From the NCBI GenBank assembly GCA_973895155.1, contig OZ316892.1, forward strand, positions 8,908,283 to 8,972,282: 64,000 nt of DNA, given 5' to 3'. The translations under genes and the position numbers were made by a program. Origin of the DNA: Marsupella aquatica. Its lineage: Eukaryota > Plantae > Marchantiophyta. The notes under the pieces are model-generated. The model was not told the DNA's origin and did not search any database. It saw only the letters and a list, made by a program, of their open reading frames with translations. This document shows, piece after piece, positions 1-13,789 of this stretch; the stretch's first letter is position 1; each line of letters begins with the position of its first letter.

Positions 1-1972
1 AAACTCTTAAATCTGGATAATCAGCACCGTATGAATGCCACCACTCTCCTGGACTTACTTGACCTATACTAGATTGGGCTCCTCTCATGGTTACTGTTGT
101 GTTTGGTAATTTCTTTTGCGCATCAATTGCTTGCAATTGTATGGCAGAAATGAGTGCATTAACCTCACGATCATGGTTGACCCCTTCCTTCACCTTGCGT
201 TCGGCATATCGGGCAATGTACTCATTGAAACCTCGACATAGTTCTCCATCTCCAGCAACATCTAGGTCTTCATCAAAAAACATTTGAGGATTGATATATG
301 CTGCAGCTAGCATAAAATCGGTGGTAAGAGATTCTCTTCGATCCATGTACACTTTTAATATCCTTGGCTTCAAGAACTCTGTTACCAATAGACATTCCTC
401 CATGCTTGCCTTCAAATCAGTAATCCCTCTTTTCAAACTCCAATACAACCAGGCTGACTGAGGTGAAGCACCATCAAATTCGCGAAGCATCTTCACCAAC
501 GGAAGAAAGAAGTTCACTGTAGCCTTCACATCGGCCCAAAATTTATCTTGTTGTATCCACCCTTTCAGTTCTTCTGCCTTGGCCCTTGTCATGTGCCCAT
601 TTGATTTTGCACGCACAGGAAGTCTATCACGATAAGACTCCCATTTATCATCAATGACCATTTGTTGCAAAGCTCCTCTTAGCTCCAATGCTCTTTGCGC
701 CATGAGAAAATTTGTTGCAAATCTTGTTGCATTTGGATTTAGTAGTTTTTTGTAACTCGATTTTCTCACAAATATTGCGGAGAGCTTTTGGGACGATGAA
801 ACTGCTTTTACTATCCATCTCAAGCGTTTAAAAATGCTTTTGAATGGATTCTGTCTACTCTCATCTAGCACTACATTCTTATGACCGCACATGTCTTCTA
901 GCAACAAATTGAACACGTGGGCAGCACACCAACTCCAAGTGACATGTGGATATTTTTTCATGACTATCTCACAACCTGCTACACGATTTGCAGGCGCACC
1001 ATCAGTTACAATTTGAACGATGTGATCTGGACCAATGTCATCGATATATTTCAGCCACATCTCTCCAAGATATTTTCCATCTTTCCTATCAGCTTGTGCC
1101 GCATTCCAACTATCCAAGAAAAAATCACCTTTAGAAGTCAACAACATGACGTTCATCAAAGGTTCCCTACGAATGTTTTCCCATCCATTTGATGAAACAG
1201 AATAACCAAAAGGTTTTGTTTCCTTCATGATTTTGGTGATGTCTTTTGTGAGATCTTCCTTGGCTTCCTCCAACAACTTCATTCGCAAATTCCGCATAAT
1301 GGGAAGAGAATATCCATTTACAATACCTTTTGAAGTCTCATGTACTGCTTCTCGAAAGTAAGGATTCTGTGAAACATTGAATGCAATACCACTTGTGTAG
1401 AAAGCTTTTGCCCAAAGCTTGTCCAAATACGCTCTATGTGAAATTTGATAAGCATCCATAATTGGGTTTGAAAGACTTCCTGCCCGAGCCATATGAGTCA
1501 TATTTGATTCATTTTCCATTTGAAAACGGTTAGACTCTCGTGTGGATGCTTGTGAATGGGAAGTTCCAATCTCTGGCCTGCGACCCCTGACATCCCGCAA
1601 GATATGGGTTCCATCCCTTCGTTTGTAGTTGATGTTTGATGGAACTTTGATGACATTGTACATTCTGTTGATTTCATCCAACTCCACATGACCATACAGG
1701 CCTAGGCATGGTGGTGCATTCCCTTTGATGATGTTTCCCATCAAATGTGCTTTGGCTCGTGTTGCATGAAAAGTAATATATGTTTTACAAAACTTGCATT
1801 TTCGATACATACGGTTTGCATCATTAGATGTTGAAGGCGCATCACACTGTTCGAAATATTTCCACACCGTAGAAAATTTTGCACCATGCTCTCACGAATG
1901 ATTTGCTCCATGCCTAGGGATAGTGGAACGATATCCAGATTCACCGGACTCATTGTCATCGAAAGAAATCAT
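1..1972 (-). pseudogene. hAT (Tag1/DUF659-type) transposase with BED zinc finger, disabled; runs off the window start
   Basis: Manual translation of one frame from ATG 1972 gives BED finger (VWKYF..CKFC..HATRAKAHL..C), then LWAKAFYTSGIAFNVSQNPYF, SSNGW, QIVTDGA, WCAAHVFNLLLED, KPNATRFATNF, AAAYINP and PGEWWHSYG. There is an in-frame TGA at 1892-1894, and the expected first catalytic D reads N (1187-1189). Confidence 0.93.
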
Positions 1973-3204
1973 TGTAAAGAAAGATGTACATGCAGAATTC
2001 AAATTCTGCAGTGTACCGTCAATAAAATGACAGTGTCATCTCCTCTCCAACGCACACTGAACATACATAAATACAACAATACAAATTAAAATAAATATTT
2101 ATTGTATACCAAACTTCATATAGCATATACAATGAACCCCAAGAATAATCACATTTCACAACATTTTGAGTTCCCTAAATTTTATCATAGTATTTTCGTT
2201 GTTTTTATGTTTGGTTGTAACAAGTATAAAAGAGTAGGACACTTTGATGAATTACCACAATCTGAGTCGAGACTCCAAGATTACGCACCATCGTTTCCCG
2301 ATCTCTCATACTTGCTTACATCCCTACTTTGTCCTAAGTTATAGAATATCTATAACTTAACAATCACTTCTTTATAAAGCAAAAATATTTTCAGGGAAAT
2401 CGTGACACACATGTGAAATATCACAGACTCAGCCAAAGCTCCAAGCCTACGCACATGGATTTCTCTATCCTTTGAAAATTTTTTGCTTACTAAATAAATG
2501 ACGTTAAGTTGTTAAGTTAATATATAGAACTCTTGTATGAATATCCCGAGCCGAGCCAAGACTCCAGACCCGCGCATACAAAAATTCATATATATTACTC
2601 CATTACAATTCACTAAGGAAAAACATTTCATTGTAAGACTCTAAAATTGAGAAGTATTATCAATCTATTCATTAAAAGTGAATTATTATTCAATTTGTGA
2701 ACATTTGGGCAATAGAAAGTGTACATTTGGCTTTCAAAAAGTGTACATTTGGACAAGAAATAAAAGTGATGGCCATTAGACATACCACCATGTTCATCTT
2801 TTATAAATGAACTAGGATGAGACTACTTCTAGTAAAGATCATTTTTTCTCCCTCAAGTTTACAATTGACTATTTAGGTGTAGAGTATTGTACTATAGTAT
2901 ACCTTTTGGGGTTAAAAAATGTACATTTAGAGACCAAAAATTGTACATTTCGAGGCCTAAAAGTGAACAAAATAAAATACACTTTTAATGAATAGGGTGA
3001 TTATTGCAAAACTTACCTTTAGACCTTAGTAGCTTAGAGTTTCTCGTACTAAGTTATGTGTACAATGATTGGGGGTCTCCCCTTTTATGGCCTCCCACGG
3101 ACCTCTTTTTCCGTAGTTTTAGCCTTAATTTTTGGGTTGCACCTTTTTAACCCTAATTTTGGCCGTCTCGCGGCCCCTAACCCTAATCCCGGCCGCAAAG
3201 TAAA

Positions 3205-3685
3205 TTACCGCCCGGCCCCTTTCCCCCCCCCCCGCCCCCGGCCTCCCTGGCCCCCCCCTGCCCCAGCCTTCCTCCCCTCCCCCGGCTTCCCTCCCCTCTC
3301 CCCCCGCCCCGGCCTTCCTCCTCTCCCGCCCCGGCCTTCCTCCTCTCCCCCTCCCCTCCCCACCCCCGGCTTCCCTCCTCTCCCCACCCCCGGCTTCCCT
3401 CCTCTCCCCCTCCCTCCCCTCCCCACCCCCGCCTTCCCTCCTCTCCCCCTCCCCCCCCCCCGCCCCCGGCCTTCCTCCTCTCCCCGGCCTTCCTCCCCCC
3501 GGCCCGGCCTCCCTCCCCTCCCCACCCCCGGCTTCCCTCCCCTCTCCCCCCCGCCCCGGCCACCCACCCCACGCCCCGGCCTCCCTGCCCCCCGGCCCGG
3601 TCTCCCCACCCCCGGCCACCCTCCCCTCTCCTCCCCCCCCCGCCCCGGACCCGTTTCTCCCGTCCCTCCCCAACCCCCGGCCGGG
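3205..3685. repeat. C-rich polypyrimidine subterminal array (CCCCGGCTTCCCTCCTCTCCCC-like units)
   Basis: ~480 bp of almost only C/T with recurrent CCCCGG. It accounts for the spurious Pro-rich and Gly-rich ORFs. Confidence 0.9.
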
Positions 3686-4034
3686 AAGATTTTCGACCAG
3701 GCCGGGAGGGGCCGGGAGAATTTGACACCGAGCCGGGGAATATCAGAGAATATTGGACAAATAGAGGGTTTTTAGATGGACAAGTTGTCATTTGTCGTGT
3801 CGGACAAGGACACATCTTGTCCGACAGTGAAAACCGGGCAAATACGTAACAGTTCCTATCGGGTTGGAACCTTAACTCACCCGGAACCCATGTTAAAATA
3901 GTGGGTGACTCACCTGCGTTTGCGTTTTGGCACTTTAGTGAAAACTCTAATGGGCTAGAGAAATCATCAGTCACTTCTAAGCATGATTGACTATTTCACG
4001 GCCTCACCATTTTGTAATCATTATACAGACGGCC

Positions 4035-4520
4035 TTCTTTCCCTTTGGCGTTAAGTGTGCAGAGTCGTCAACCCAAAACATATAAGATAATGCTTCCCTT
4101 GGAGTTAAGTGTGCAGAGTTGTCATCCCAAATGTATAAGATAATGAAGCTCTAGGTTACTAGCCTGTAACCCTCCAACCAGAAAGTGAAAAACACCTGAC
4201 CTGCGGTAGTGGGGAAAGCTTTGTGAGCTTTCTTGGAGCAGAGGAGCGTTCAGGCTAGAACCCATTTATTATAGTACTAAGTTCTGTCCTGAAAAAGATT
4301 ATTTAGGAGCAACACATTATGGTAATAAAGAGGGCCTCCAAAAATGTTTACATGCCAGTAACCAAGTTTTGTGAGCTTTCTTGGAGGAGAGGAGTGTTCA
4401 GGCTAGAACCCCTGCCAAAACATGTATTATAGTACTAATTTCTGTCATGAAATATATTATTTTAGAGCAACACATTATGGGAATAGGAATAGCAAGGGCC
4501 TCCAAAAATGTTTACATGTG
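4035..4520. repeat. Two local tandem duplications (~55 bp x2 and ~150 bp x2)
   Basis: gttaagtgtgcagagt...ataagataatg occurs twice (4035-4145). tttgtgagctttcttggag...gggcctccaaaaatgtttacatg occurs twice (~4219 and ~4368). Confidence 0.8.
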
Positions 4521-6811
4521 AGTAGCCGCCCCGGGTAATGACTACAAAAATGTAGAAATGTTGACCAGCTGAAGCCGGGAAGGTTTCCTGAGTCCAAACA
4601 GTCATTACCCCTAAGTAATACCTGAATAGAAAAAATATTATCTGGTGAGACTTTATCATAAATAATACCTGCCCGTAAAAAGATTACCCGCTGACATTGA
4701 AAAACGATTACCCGGTGAGACTTACGTACTCTCGGATCTGATTACTCTTGTTTCGTGAGTGCAACCAGAATATAATGTAGAGCCGAGATGGGTGCACGCC
4801 AATTTGTTACCGGCTGGCTCTACGCTTGAATCAACATTGCACACCACATTGAATGTAGCGGAACTTGATTTCGAGAACTCAATCTAGTACTATGCCGGCC
4901 AGAAATTGCTAATTAAAGTTTACTGAATTTGATGAATCCCGTGTGCGCACGGTTGAAGACCATTTATCAATATAGCCGTGGACGGCTTTACTTGTGAAAG
5001 AGCTAAATTTTCAATTCAGCTACGATCAATAGGCAACTCCTCGGAAAATCTATGAAAGAAACTGTGACTTCAATCCACTTAAGATTGGAATGCGCAAGTT
5101 TGACGAACACAGCCGGGGACAGCTTTATCAATGAAAGAGCATGGCATCGACACGACTTAGTTTCAAGTAAATCACTGCAATCAACAAGACTATAAACACT
5201 GTCCCGACCACTGTCCTGCCTTTTCAGGAAGTAGAGGGTGAGTTCGTAGTCTTGTTCATTGAAGTGTTGAACTGATAGAGAAGTTGCTGGCTCGTACGTA
5301 AGTGGAACTCTGTTCCTGGCGATGATAGCAAATCTGATTTGAATTCAGTGGAGCGCATTAAAGTTTTCTAATCCGCAGTGTGAGATGTGTACATTGAGGC
5401 GGCCAATGATGGCTCTCACGGAATGGCAAGTAGCTAGTTTTGAATTTAATTACTCATATTCGTAGTAATAACGAGCGTAGAAGCTGTTTTTGAATCCTTA
5501 GGACAACTTGCTTGATCGATTGAGCGCTAGTTTCTAAGAGTAGCGAGAAAAGCGGTTGTCTGAGCTCGCTATCTGAGCGTTTATAAAAAGAGGGCTATCA
5601 TGGCATCAAGGATCAATATCAAGCAGTCGGTTCATAGAATTGTTGTTTCCTCCAGTGATAAAGAGCGAAGAGCATGACAATTTGATTTAATCCTGTAAAC
5701 TCCAATGCAATCGATTACTCCTTCGGATATTGCCTTGGTGATTATGGATCAATTCAATTCGTTCGATCGAAAGAGGGAGATACAAGAATTCGTAAGCGTC
5801 CGCGATATCTACGTGAGTCTAGAAAAGCAATGATGATCAGCGCGAACTAGAACGCATGGAACACATTTTTTGCGCTATTCGTCAGGAACTTCCGTACGGT
5901 ATGAATTGTCATCAAACTATGTTGGAAGGTTCCTGAGGCTGCCCTGTCTTCCCTTGTGTGGTTCTCTCACTAATTGAGTTCGGTGCTGTAAATCATTTGA
6001 AAGAACTGTACCCTAACCGGTACATAATCACCTGTTCAAGATATGACGATTGGACGTATTACAAACTTTCAATCTTGTTTGATGCCAAGTTGGATTGCTC
6101 GTAGAGGTATGCAATCCAGGGCCGCCCGTCAATGTAAACGTTCTTGGCTCCACACACCCACAGCTTGCTTCCTTCGAGCTTCATTCAGTGATGTGCCACA
6201 CAGCTAACGAGCAAGTTATGACCTGGTCCCGATAGCGGTCTCACTATTCTGTCCTAGTCCTCTTTATACTGTTCATTTGCTCTCTACACTACTTTATACA
6301 AGTTCGTCTGGTACCTTGGACTGGCGCCGCTCCGGAAGGTGTTAGCGTCGGTAATCCTCAGCTCTCTCGCTCTTCCGCTCTCCGTTTGCTCTCTGCATTT
6401 GTCTCAGTAAGGAACTTGTCCGTCGGACAACATCAGAGAGGTGAAACAATCGGAAACTTTGATGATCGTTCCATGATTTGTCCTCCATAGAGCCGTCAGC
6501 CTTTCCTCACCTGTCCCAGTTACAGCAAATCTGCCAATCGACTCTCCTTCAGCAGCCATAGAAATATTCACTTTGGCACTCGGCTACCAGTACTGCCAGT
6601 AAGATTCTCCTCGTCTCCCTTGCAAGCTCTAACGAGAACATTTCTGGTCCCAATTCAAGAACGTGGTCATGGAGAGTCGATTGTCAGCCCTTGGAGTGCT
6701 CGGAATGTCACAGTGAAGACACGATGTTAGAGACGGTCCAAAGTTCAGAGACACAAGTTTGGAAGGAAAGTTCATTGCTGCAGTGCGACAACTGAGTAGC
6801 GGCAGACAATA

Positions 6812-9800
6812 ATGATGGCATTATGCCGCTACATTTACAAAGCCATCAACATCATCGCATCCGCTTGCATGGACCATCGTTTGATGATGCTTGTACTTTT
6901 CGCATTTGCATTCCAATCTTGGAATGTCTCGAGGAGGACGGAAAGTGCAGCATATCAGTTGGTGATGGCAGCAAGAAACAGGTTCGACACCACTTCGGCG
7001 ACACAGCACTACTCAACAAAGCTTCTACCAATGCTAAATAACGTGAATTCTGTCACCAAGACCTCCTCCTCTGTGTTCCAAAAGGAGGTGCGGAACAGCC
7101 GTGAGATCGGGGGATCTCGAGGCTTACGGTTCCATGAGGAGACTATGGAGGAAGTGTTGCAACCTCCAGTTGAGTCGAGTAGCTCTGGATACACATTCGA
7201 GGGGATACTGGCCTCCGACGGATCCATTTCAAGTGTGAAGCTCATGATGGAAAGAGGAGAAAGGTTTGCGGACTACGATCGCGCCAACAGCACAAGGAGA
7301 CGGCAATGGCGACACAGCAAACATGTGAATGGTCATGACGTAGGCAAACAGCACCAGGGCTCCTCCAAATCGAATCATGTTTACGACAAGAAGTATCCTC
7401 CTTGTGCGGAGAAGTTGCGAGACTTGATCCCGTGCTTAAGTTCTACTGAGGGGCACATGCTTGGACGTTGTCCAAACGTCAATCGAGGACTTGGGAGCTG
7501 TGTGATCCCTGCTCCAAGATTCTACGCCCGCCAGTTCAAGTGGCCCGCGAGCAAGAATCAGGTCATTGAGACTGTTGGCTGTGCAACAAAATTGGATCAG
7601 AGTTAGAAGCTGCATAATTTTGAATATTAAGTTTTGCACGTTCAGAAAATGAAATTGTAGCTCCACAATTGCAGTGGATCAGATTCAGCGATTGTTCTTC
7701 GTCGATTATAAGTTACGGCGAATTCAGACAGTACAATTAAGGTTCCAGGAGAAATTATTTAACAACCGATTTGAAGCTATTCTTCTTTCAATTTAAGTTC
7801 TGGGAGTTGAGAGGGTGCGATCCATTTACGATCAGAACTTCAGTCTTGTCTTCTTCAGTTCTTCGCTCTGGGATTTCCCGTAGTGTGAAACAGTAGCGGA
7901 TTTCGCAATTGACTAGAAGCATGCCATTGAGCCTTTGTACTGGGCAAAATCGTTCATGTGATGAATCCTCTCTTAGGTGCACAACTTGTGAAGGATAAGG
8001 TCGTCTGATAGTGACTTTCACACGCTTAGTTCTCTAGTTCAGTAACACTCTGGCCCTAATCGGCACTGATCGACGAAGGTTGGCTAGTTCACATGCTCGA
8101 GATAGACGATTTCTCGAGGCGCGCGGAATCCCTCTTTCCGTAGATGTCGTAGAGAAAATTTTAAAACATGGAAGAGGCGTCAAAGCAAGTGTTCCTATTT
8201 CCGAATGAGATCTGATAAGTATTGATTTATGCCTGCTGCAGGTTCGGAAGCCCAATGTTCCTAACGTACCAATTTTACTGCAACATCCAGCCTCCTGGAT
8301 GAGGACGCAAGGAAGCAGCAGCGTAATTTATGTTGGGGACGGTGACCCCAGGTTCCCGAATGGCACCAGCGAATATGTCGACAACATTGCCATGGTGCGT
8401 TGCCCCTCCGATTCGTGCTCTACTCCCCTCTAACCTGGACCTCTAACGGTAATACGACCGGGAATGTTACATGATCTCTGCAAGTTTGGAATGAATGAGT
8501 TTCCGATATGTCTGTAACAAGGATGTAAAGTTTGCACTGTCCGGGGCGATTATGCCCCGTTGAGCTCGCAACGGAGGTGGAGACAGGAAAATTTGTTTGT
8601 TTTGCAGACATTATGGTGTCGAGTACTATTGAAAGGACATTTTGTGCCAAAGTGATTTCACAGAAACGGTGGGAAAGATTGCTGATAGAGAGCCAATGAT
8701 TTACGTTACAAGAACGTACTTAAGTTCTCAAGATATGCGGATACGGCCCTCCACCAACTAATCATTCACTACGCAAGACGTCTGACATTTCCCACTGATT
8801 TGCTTTCCCTCCCTTGAAATTCTAACCTTCGATACTGTTGGTTGTTCGGAGACTGCACATCTAACGAAATGCTCTATCTCCGTTGTTTTGTTCGATCACT
8901 TCATTCGGATGATTTCTTTTGCAATCGTTTTGTTGTCCTACTCTATATACACTGGAAATTTATGGTTTGATGCTGGGCACGATTTTGCTCCACACCACAT
9001 CGGGATGGCGCTGTGCACGAGCAATTCCACCTTCAAATTTGAATTCAATTTGATTGAACTTTGATGACAAACGTTTTGCTTGGTGCTTTCATGCTTTGCT
9101 CCAGATGATTCAGGGCTTGAAATTTGGCACGGACATAAGGTTGGTGCTGGACATAGGGTCCGGCCCTGGAAATATGGCAGCTGCGTTGGAGACCCAAGGA
9201 GTTCTTACGCTCTCCATTGCAGGAGGAGCTTCAGCTGACAATGGAGTTCAGCTAGTGATGGAGCGTGGATACCCTGCCCTGGTGCAGTCCCTCGGCAGCC
9301 TCCGTCTACCTTATCCAAGTCAAGCTTTTGACCTGATCCATTGTGCCGCTTGTGATGTACAGTGGGAAGACAACGGTATAGTTGAACCTTTTCCAATTGC
9401 ATTGTGCAGTAACTTGAACCATGCGATCTTTCGAAGTGAGTCGTGAGACAATACTCTCCCTGACCACCAAACAAAACCGATCAACATTCTGATGAAAGAG
9501 ACACCTTAAACTTAAGAAGCTGGCCAAAACTACTGTTGAACTCAACTGGAAGTGTTAGCAAAGGCTCCTGAAATGTGAGTTGAAGTGTGTGGATCAAATC
9601 TAGGAGTTCGATTTTAGTGTCTCATAAACTTCCAATGAAGTAAGTTGATATCACGAGCAGTATGCCAACAGAACAATATGGCCGTTGAAAGAGGTTCAAA
9701 TCCTATACCCTTCTTTGAGTTAATGAGGAACAACCAATTCAATGATGAGTTATGAAAGCACTCTTCTGGATCTTACAAGATGCACAACCGCTGCCCGTGA

Positions 9801-12417
9801 GCTCCATCAGACAAACAACCGCAGAAGCACTCAGCTGCCGTCTAGGACCACCAATCCGATACTGCTCGTCGATCTTGCATTCGGCGACCTCCTTTTGACC
9901 AGACAGATTTGCTTGTTTTTCAGGTGGGCTGAAGCTGTTTGAGGTAGATCGTATGCTGCGAGCCGGAGGCTTCTTCGTTTGGATAGATCAGTCAAACGTG
10001 GGAGCTAATTGGAATGGTATATGCCACACGCTATTAATAATGATTGTGTCAAAATTGAGCTGACTTAAGAGTCCTAGAGTTCGGTAGGTTTCTGGTAGGT
10101 TGCTAGGGTTCTAGCAAATTTCTCTTTGTATGAATCTGCCTTTAACCCTGTAGTTCTACTCAGTTGTACTTGACCACGGTTTGAGCCCCTCATGCCATCA
10201 CAGGGCTCCATCTACAACCTATAGAATCCCAACGACAGCTTGTGTATGGAAATAAACTGCAACTGAAGGCTGACGCCAAAGTTTTTACTTCCAGGAATGG
10301 AAAAGCTGACACAGAACATATGCTGGAGGAACGTTGCCAGATGGGAAGGAAAATTTGCTTTATGGCAGAAGCCCACGAACCAGACCTGCTACTTGATGCG
10401 AACGTTGCCAACACCCCCACTGTGCAACCCTTCAATATCTCCAGATACGTCTTGGTAAGTATGTTAGTTCATCTTTTGCTCCTACAGCTAAACGACTTTC
10501 AGGGGCCTAAGAAGTCTCACAAACAAGCGGATCTCTTTGCAGGAATGTTTCAATGCAGAGTTGCTTAGTAGGCTTCCCAGCGACGGGTGGTGCAAAGACA
10601 AACCCTTGGCCAATCCGTCTCAAAATACCACCTAGGCGATTGGAACAAACACCTGCGGCAGGTCTTGAAGCAGCAAAAGCAGAGGCATATACGGCAGACT
10701 TGAACTACTGGGTCAATATAGTGACCTTCTATGAGGCTGACTTTGGCCCAGTCCGTGTTCGTGAGATTCGCAATGTACTTGATATGAATGCTGGATATGG
10801 CGGGTAAATCAATCTCACTCGACTTCAGTCTACTCAGCTTCTGTTCAATACCTCAAAGTTGTCATCGCGTTGATAAAAAGTTCGCTTTTGGCTTTCGTGG
10901 GCATGAAGCTTATAGGAACTCGATGAGACTCATCGATGATAGGAAAAACTTGCCCAGAATATCAAATAGGTTATCTACTAAGTTATCCCTGCCCTTTTCA
11001 CAAAATCGAGTGCGGCTTGATAACTTTGAAGAATGATTTTTATAGCTGAATCGACTCGGATAGATCAAATCTGTCGTCGAAAACAGGGGACAGGATTTTA
11101 TTTTTGAAAAATCCATGCGTGAGACCCAGTCTGATAGAAAGTACAGGTTTGCTGCAGCTGTTTCAATGAGAACTCCTCTGCAGTGGTGGGTGCTGAATGT
11201 GGTACCTATTGATCTAGCTGACCGGCTCGCTGTAATTTTCGATAGAGGACTTCTTGGATTATACCATGATTGGTATGACATCTCTCTCTCTCTCTCTGGG
11301 CATGTATCCCTAGTTACTCCTTTCGTTACAAAATAATTTGTCTTCTTGTGGCTGTCAGAGAGCCACTATGACTTCGAAGGTCATTCACTTGGTCATCCAA
11401 AGCTAGAAGTGACGTCAATTAACTTTAAATCATGTCTTTCAAGAATGAATGTATACAAATTTACTTTCATTAAAATTGAGTAGTAGCAGTGGACGAGGTA
11501 AAGTTTCACCCTTCGAAATGACAACTTTGGTTGTGCATGTGGAAGCAGGTGTGAATCATTGGATGTCTACCCCCGAACATTTGATATGATCCATTCATCG
11601 GGGCTCTTTTCTTCTTCTTTAAGGTCTGTCATTTTCGCTGCAACTGTCACCTGCTGTCCATTGGGATACTAGCTTTTTAATATTGGGCTTATCCATCTCC
11701 ATTTCCTTCTTATGTGTTCTACGACTTAAGTTGCGAACTAATCCATTTCCTTTACATGTGTTCTACGACTTCAGTTGCGAGCTAAACAGCATCGGTTTGC
11801 ATCTCACTTAGCTTCACATGGCAGAGGTCATGAGCACTCTCTGTAGTCTCATTTGTATATGTATAATAATAATAGTAATGATTTTCTATTACAGTTCGAG
11901 ATTGACATTGCACACTTACATATCCGCATGCATTAGAGAAGAACGAACTATCAAGCTGTCGCCATCCTGTATGGACGGTCTGTCTGCACACCCCACAACC
12001 CTGTCCATCATTTGGCGAAGAAAATGTGCATTTCGACTCTAAAGATCTAATGAAAAGTTCTTGTGTTCCTCGAGGATGTAATTTGCTAACCGGGCAACAG
12101 CATTCTCTGAGGGCAACACAATGGACAGACTCCGGGACAGGGCAAACTGAATGTCATGATATTTGACCCAACCTAAATTTGGCAGGTGCGACATCAGTGA
12201 TATATTACAAGAAATGGATCGATTACTTCGGCCAGGAGGTTTTGCCGTCATTCGAGAGCAAGAGTCTGTTCTCTTACAGGTCCAGATGATTGTGACGGCT
12301 ATGCATTGGAAGGTAACGATGTTGGACACCGACAGTGGACCCAAGGGGAAGGATAAGGTGTTGAATTGTCAGAAAATATTCTGGCAACCCCGCATGGGAA
12401 AGAATGGTAGGGGATGA
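6812..12417 (+). CDS. Putative SAM-dependent methyltransferase, PMT/Methyltransf_29 family (Golgi type II membrane protein), 9 exons
   Basis: Exons ~6812-7561, 8242-8394, 9105-9375, 9924-10016, 10295-10454, 10543-10803, 11147-11272, 11549-11623, 12186-12417, all GT-AG with compatible phases. Motifs: N-terminal TM, DLIPC, KWP, VLDIGSG, RLPYPSQAFDLIHC, EVDRMLRAGG, RNVLDMNAGYGGFAAA, DRGLLGLYHDWCE, YPRTFDMIH, EMDRLLRPGG. Confidence 0.93.
11698..11785. repeat. ~43-bp tandem duplication in the last PMT intron
   Basis: tccatttcctt...tgtgttctacgactt.agttgcga.ctaa occurs twice. Confidence 0.75.
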
Positions 12418-13789
12418 GGAGGCTCGCTAAGCGAAAAATAATATGGCTTAAATCCCAATCAACACTATGAAAGATTCTAGAAGATCTACGGGACAGCAAA
12501 AGTTGACAGTCCTATTAGTGAAAGAGACTTGAAACGTCCTCGAAGCTTAACCAGGCAGTCATGACTTGCTGAAATACAAATTTTTGAGCTGTCACAGCAT
12601 GCAGTAATCCCTCCACAGAAGAACTTGAAGGATTGAAACAAACCTAAGTGTAATGAATTGCGTCGGGCATGTCTGCAAGCCTGAACCACTATGAAATCCA
12701 ATTCAGAGGTTGAAAGGACACCGTGCGACACAGAAACGTACAAACAGAGGCTGCTGTGCGACTTTCTATGAGGATGCGACTTTCTATGAGGATGTCTTGT
12801 GGATGACGACGGTGGCTAGGCAAACATTAATCACTGTACTCAACCTTGTGTTCCAAGAGAAAGGGCAATTGACCAAACACACATTACGGCATTCTATCAC
12901 CATCTTCAAAAGGGCACAACACTTTTACATTAATAAATTTCCAATTCCACTTCTCAAGTCTTTGGCAGAAAGTCTACCATGCATATAACTTGGAAAGGAT
13001 AAAACTTTCCCCCTAAAAGAAAAGACACCACCACTGCAGTGATCCAACCTGCTAGGTACAAGTAATGGGTAAGTGAATTTGAGAACAATTCAAGTCCATA
13101 CAAAACCCAGTGGTACAATTCGGGCACGTGGACGACTCAAGTAATCAAGTCGAGAAAAGACATTTTCCATTGCAAATAGTCAGTTAAAATTGTCTTTGAA
13201 CGTCGTCCATGAAAGAAAACTGCTTCAAAGGTTGCTCTCGGCTTTGAAAGCAGACTACATTAAAGTAACTGTCTAAAAAGTTAATTTCAGCTTTCATATC
13301 AGACGACTGCACGATTACACGTTCCACCCAAACCCAGAACTGCACCCTCAGCCTTATTTGCTCATTTGCTCTGTCATCGTTTTGGCTCGTTCGGTACGAG
13401 CTGACACTTCCCACTTCGCTCCTTACCAGCCAACCACACTGCTACTCACTTCAAGTCTCTTTCATCAACGTCCACCAATAGGCCCCTCGTACTCAATGTC
13501 TCCATCTTCGTCTCTAGACTATCTCACAATTTCCCAACTCTCCAAATTCCTTTCTACCATTTACCACAACCCCACGAAGGTCAGTAGAACCTCACTTTCC
13601 CAGCTTTCCTTGAGATATGCCATCATCATCTGATATGAATATACAGTATTTTTTCTATATACAGTAAAGTAACATGGACGTGCAAGTCCTCCTGCCTATA
13701 TGAACGTACACATGAATATGATTCACAACATGTACTGGTTGTAGTACAAAGAGTTCCAGCACCACCACTATGCTGCTATGTCCTGGAAT

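Larger units (their letters stand above)
1..3755 (-). mobile_element. hAT DNA transposon (5' part), putative terminus at 3755
   Basis: Transposase plus an upstream region with repeated TGTACATTT motifs (2720-2950) and a GC-rich CCCCGG subterminal array. The minus strand from 3755 reads CAATATTCTC..., resembling the CAATGTTTTC start of Tag1 TIRs. The other end is outside the window. Confidence 0.7.

Noticed and set aside
1-1972. Domesticated transposase host gene
   Set aside because: It has an in-frame stop near the N-terminus and retains a TIR-like end with subterminal repeats.
3056-3974. Pro-rich (extensin-like) and Gly-rich ORFs of 134-263 aa
   Set aside because: They are open in several frames on both strands only because the C-rich repeat lacks stops, and they lie in the transposon subterminal region.
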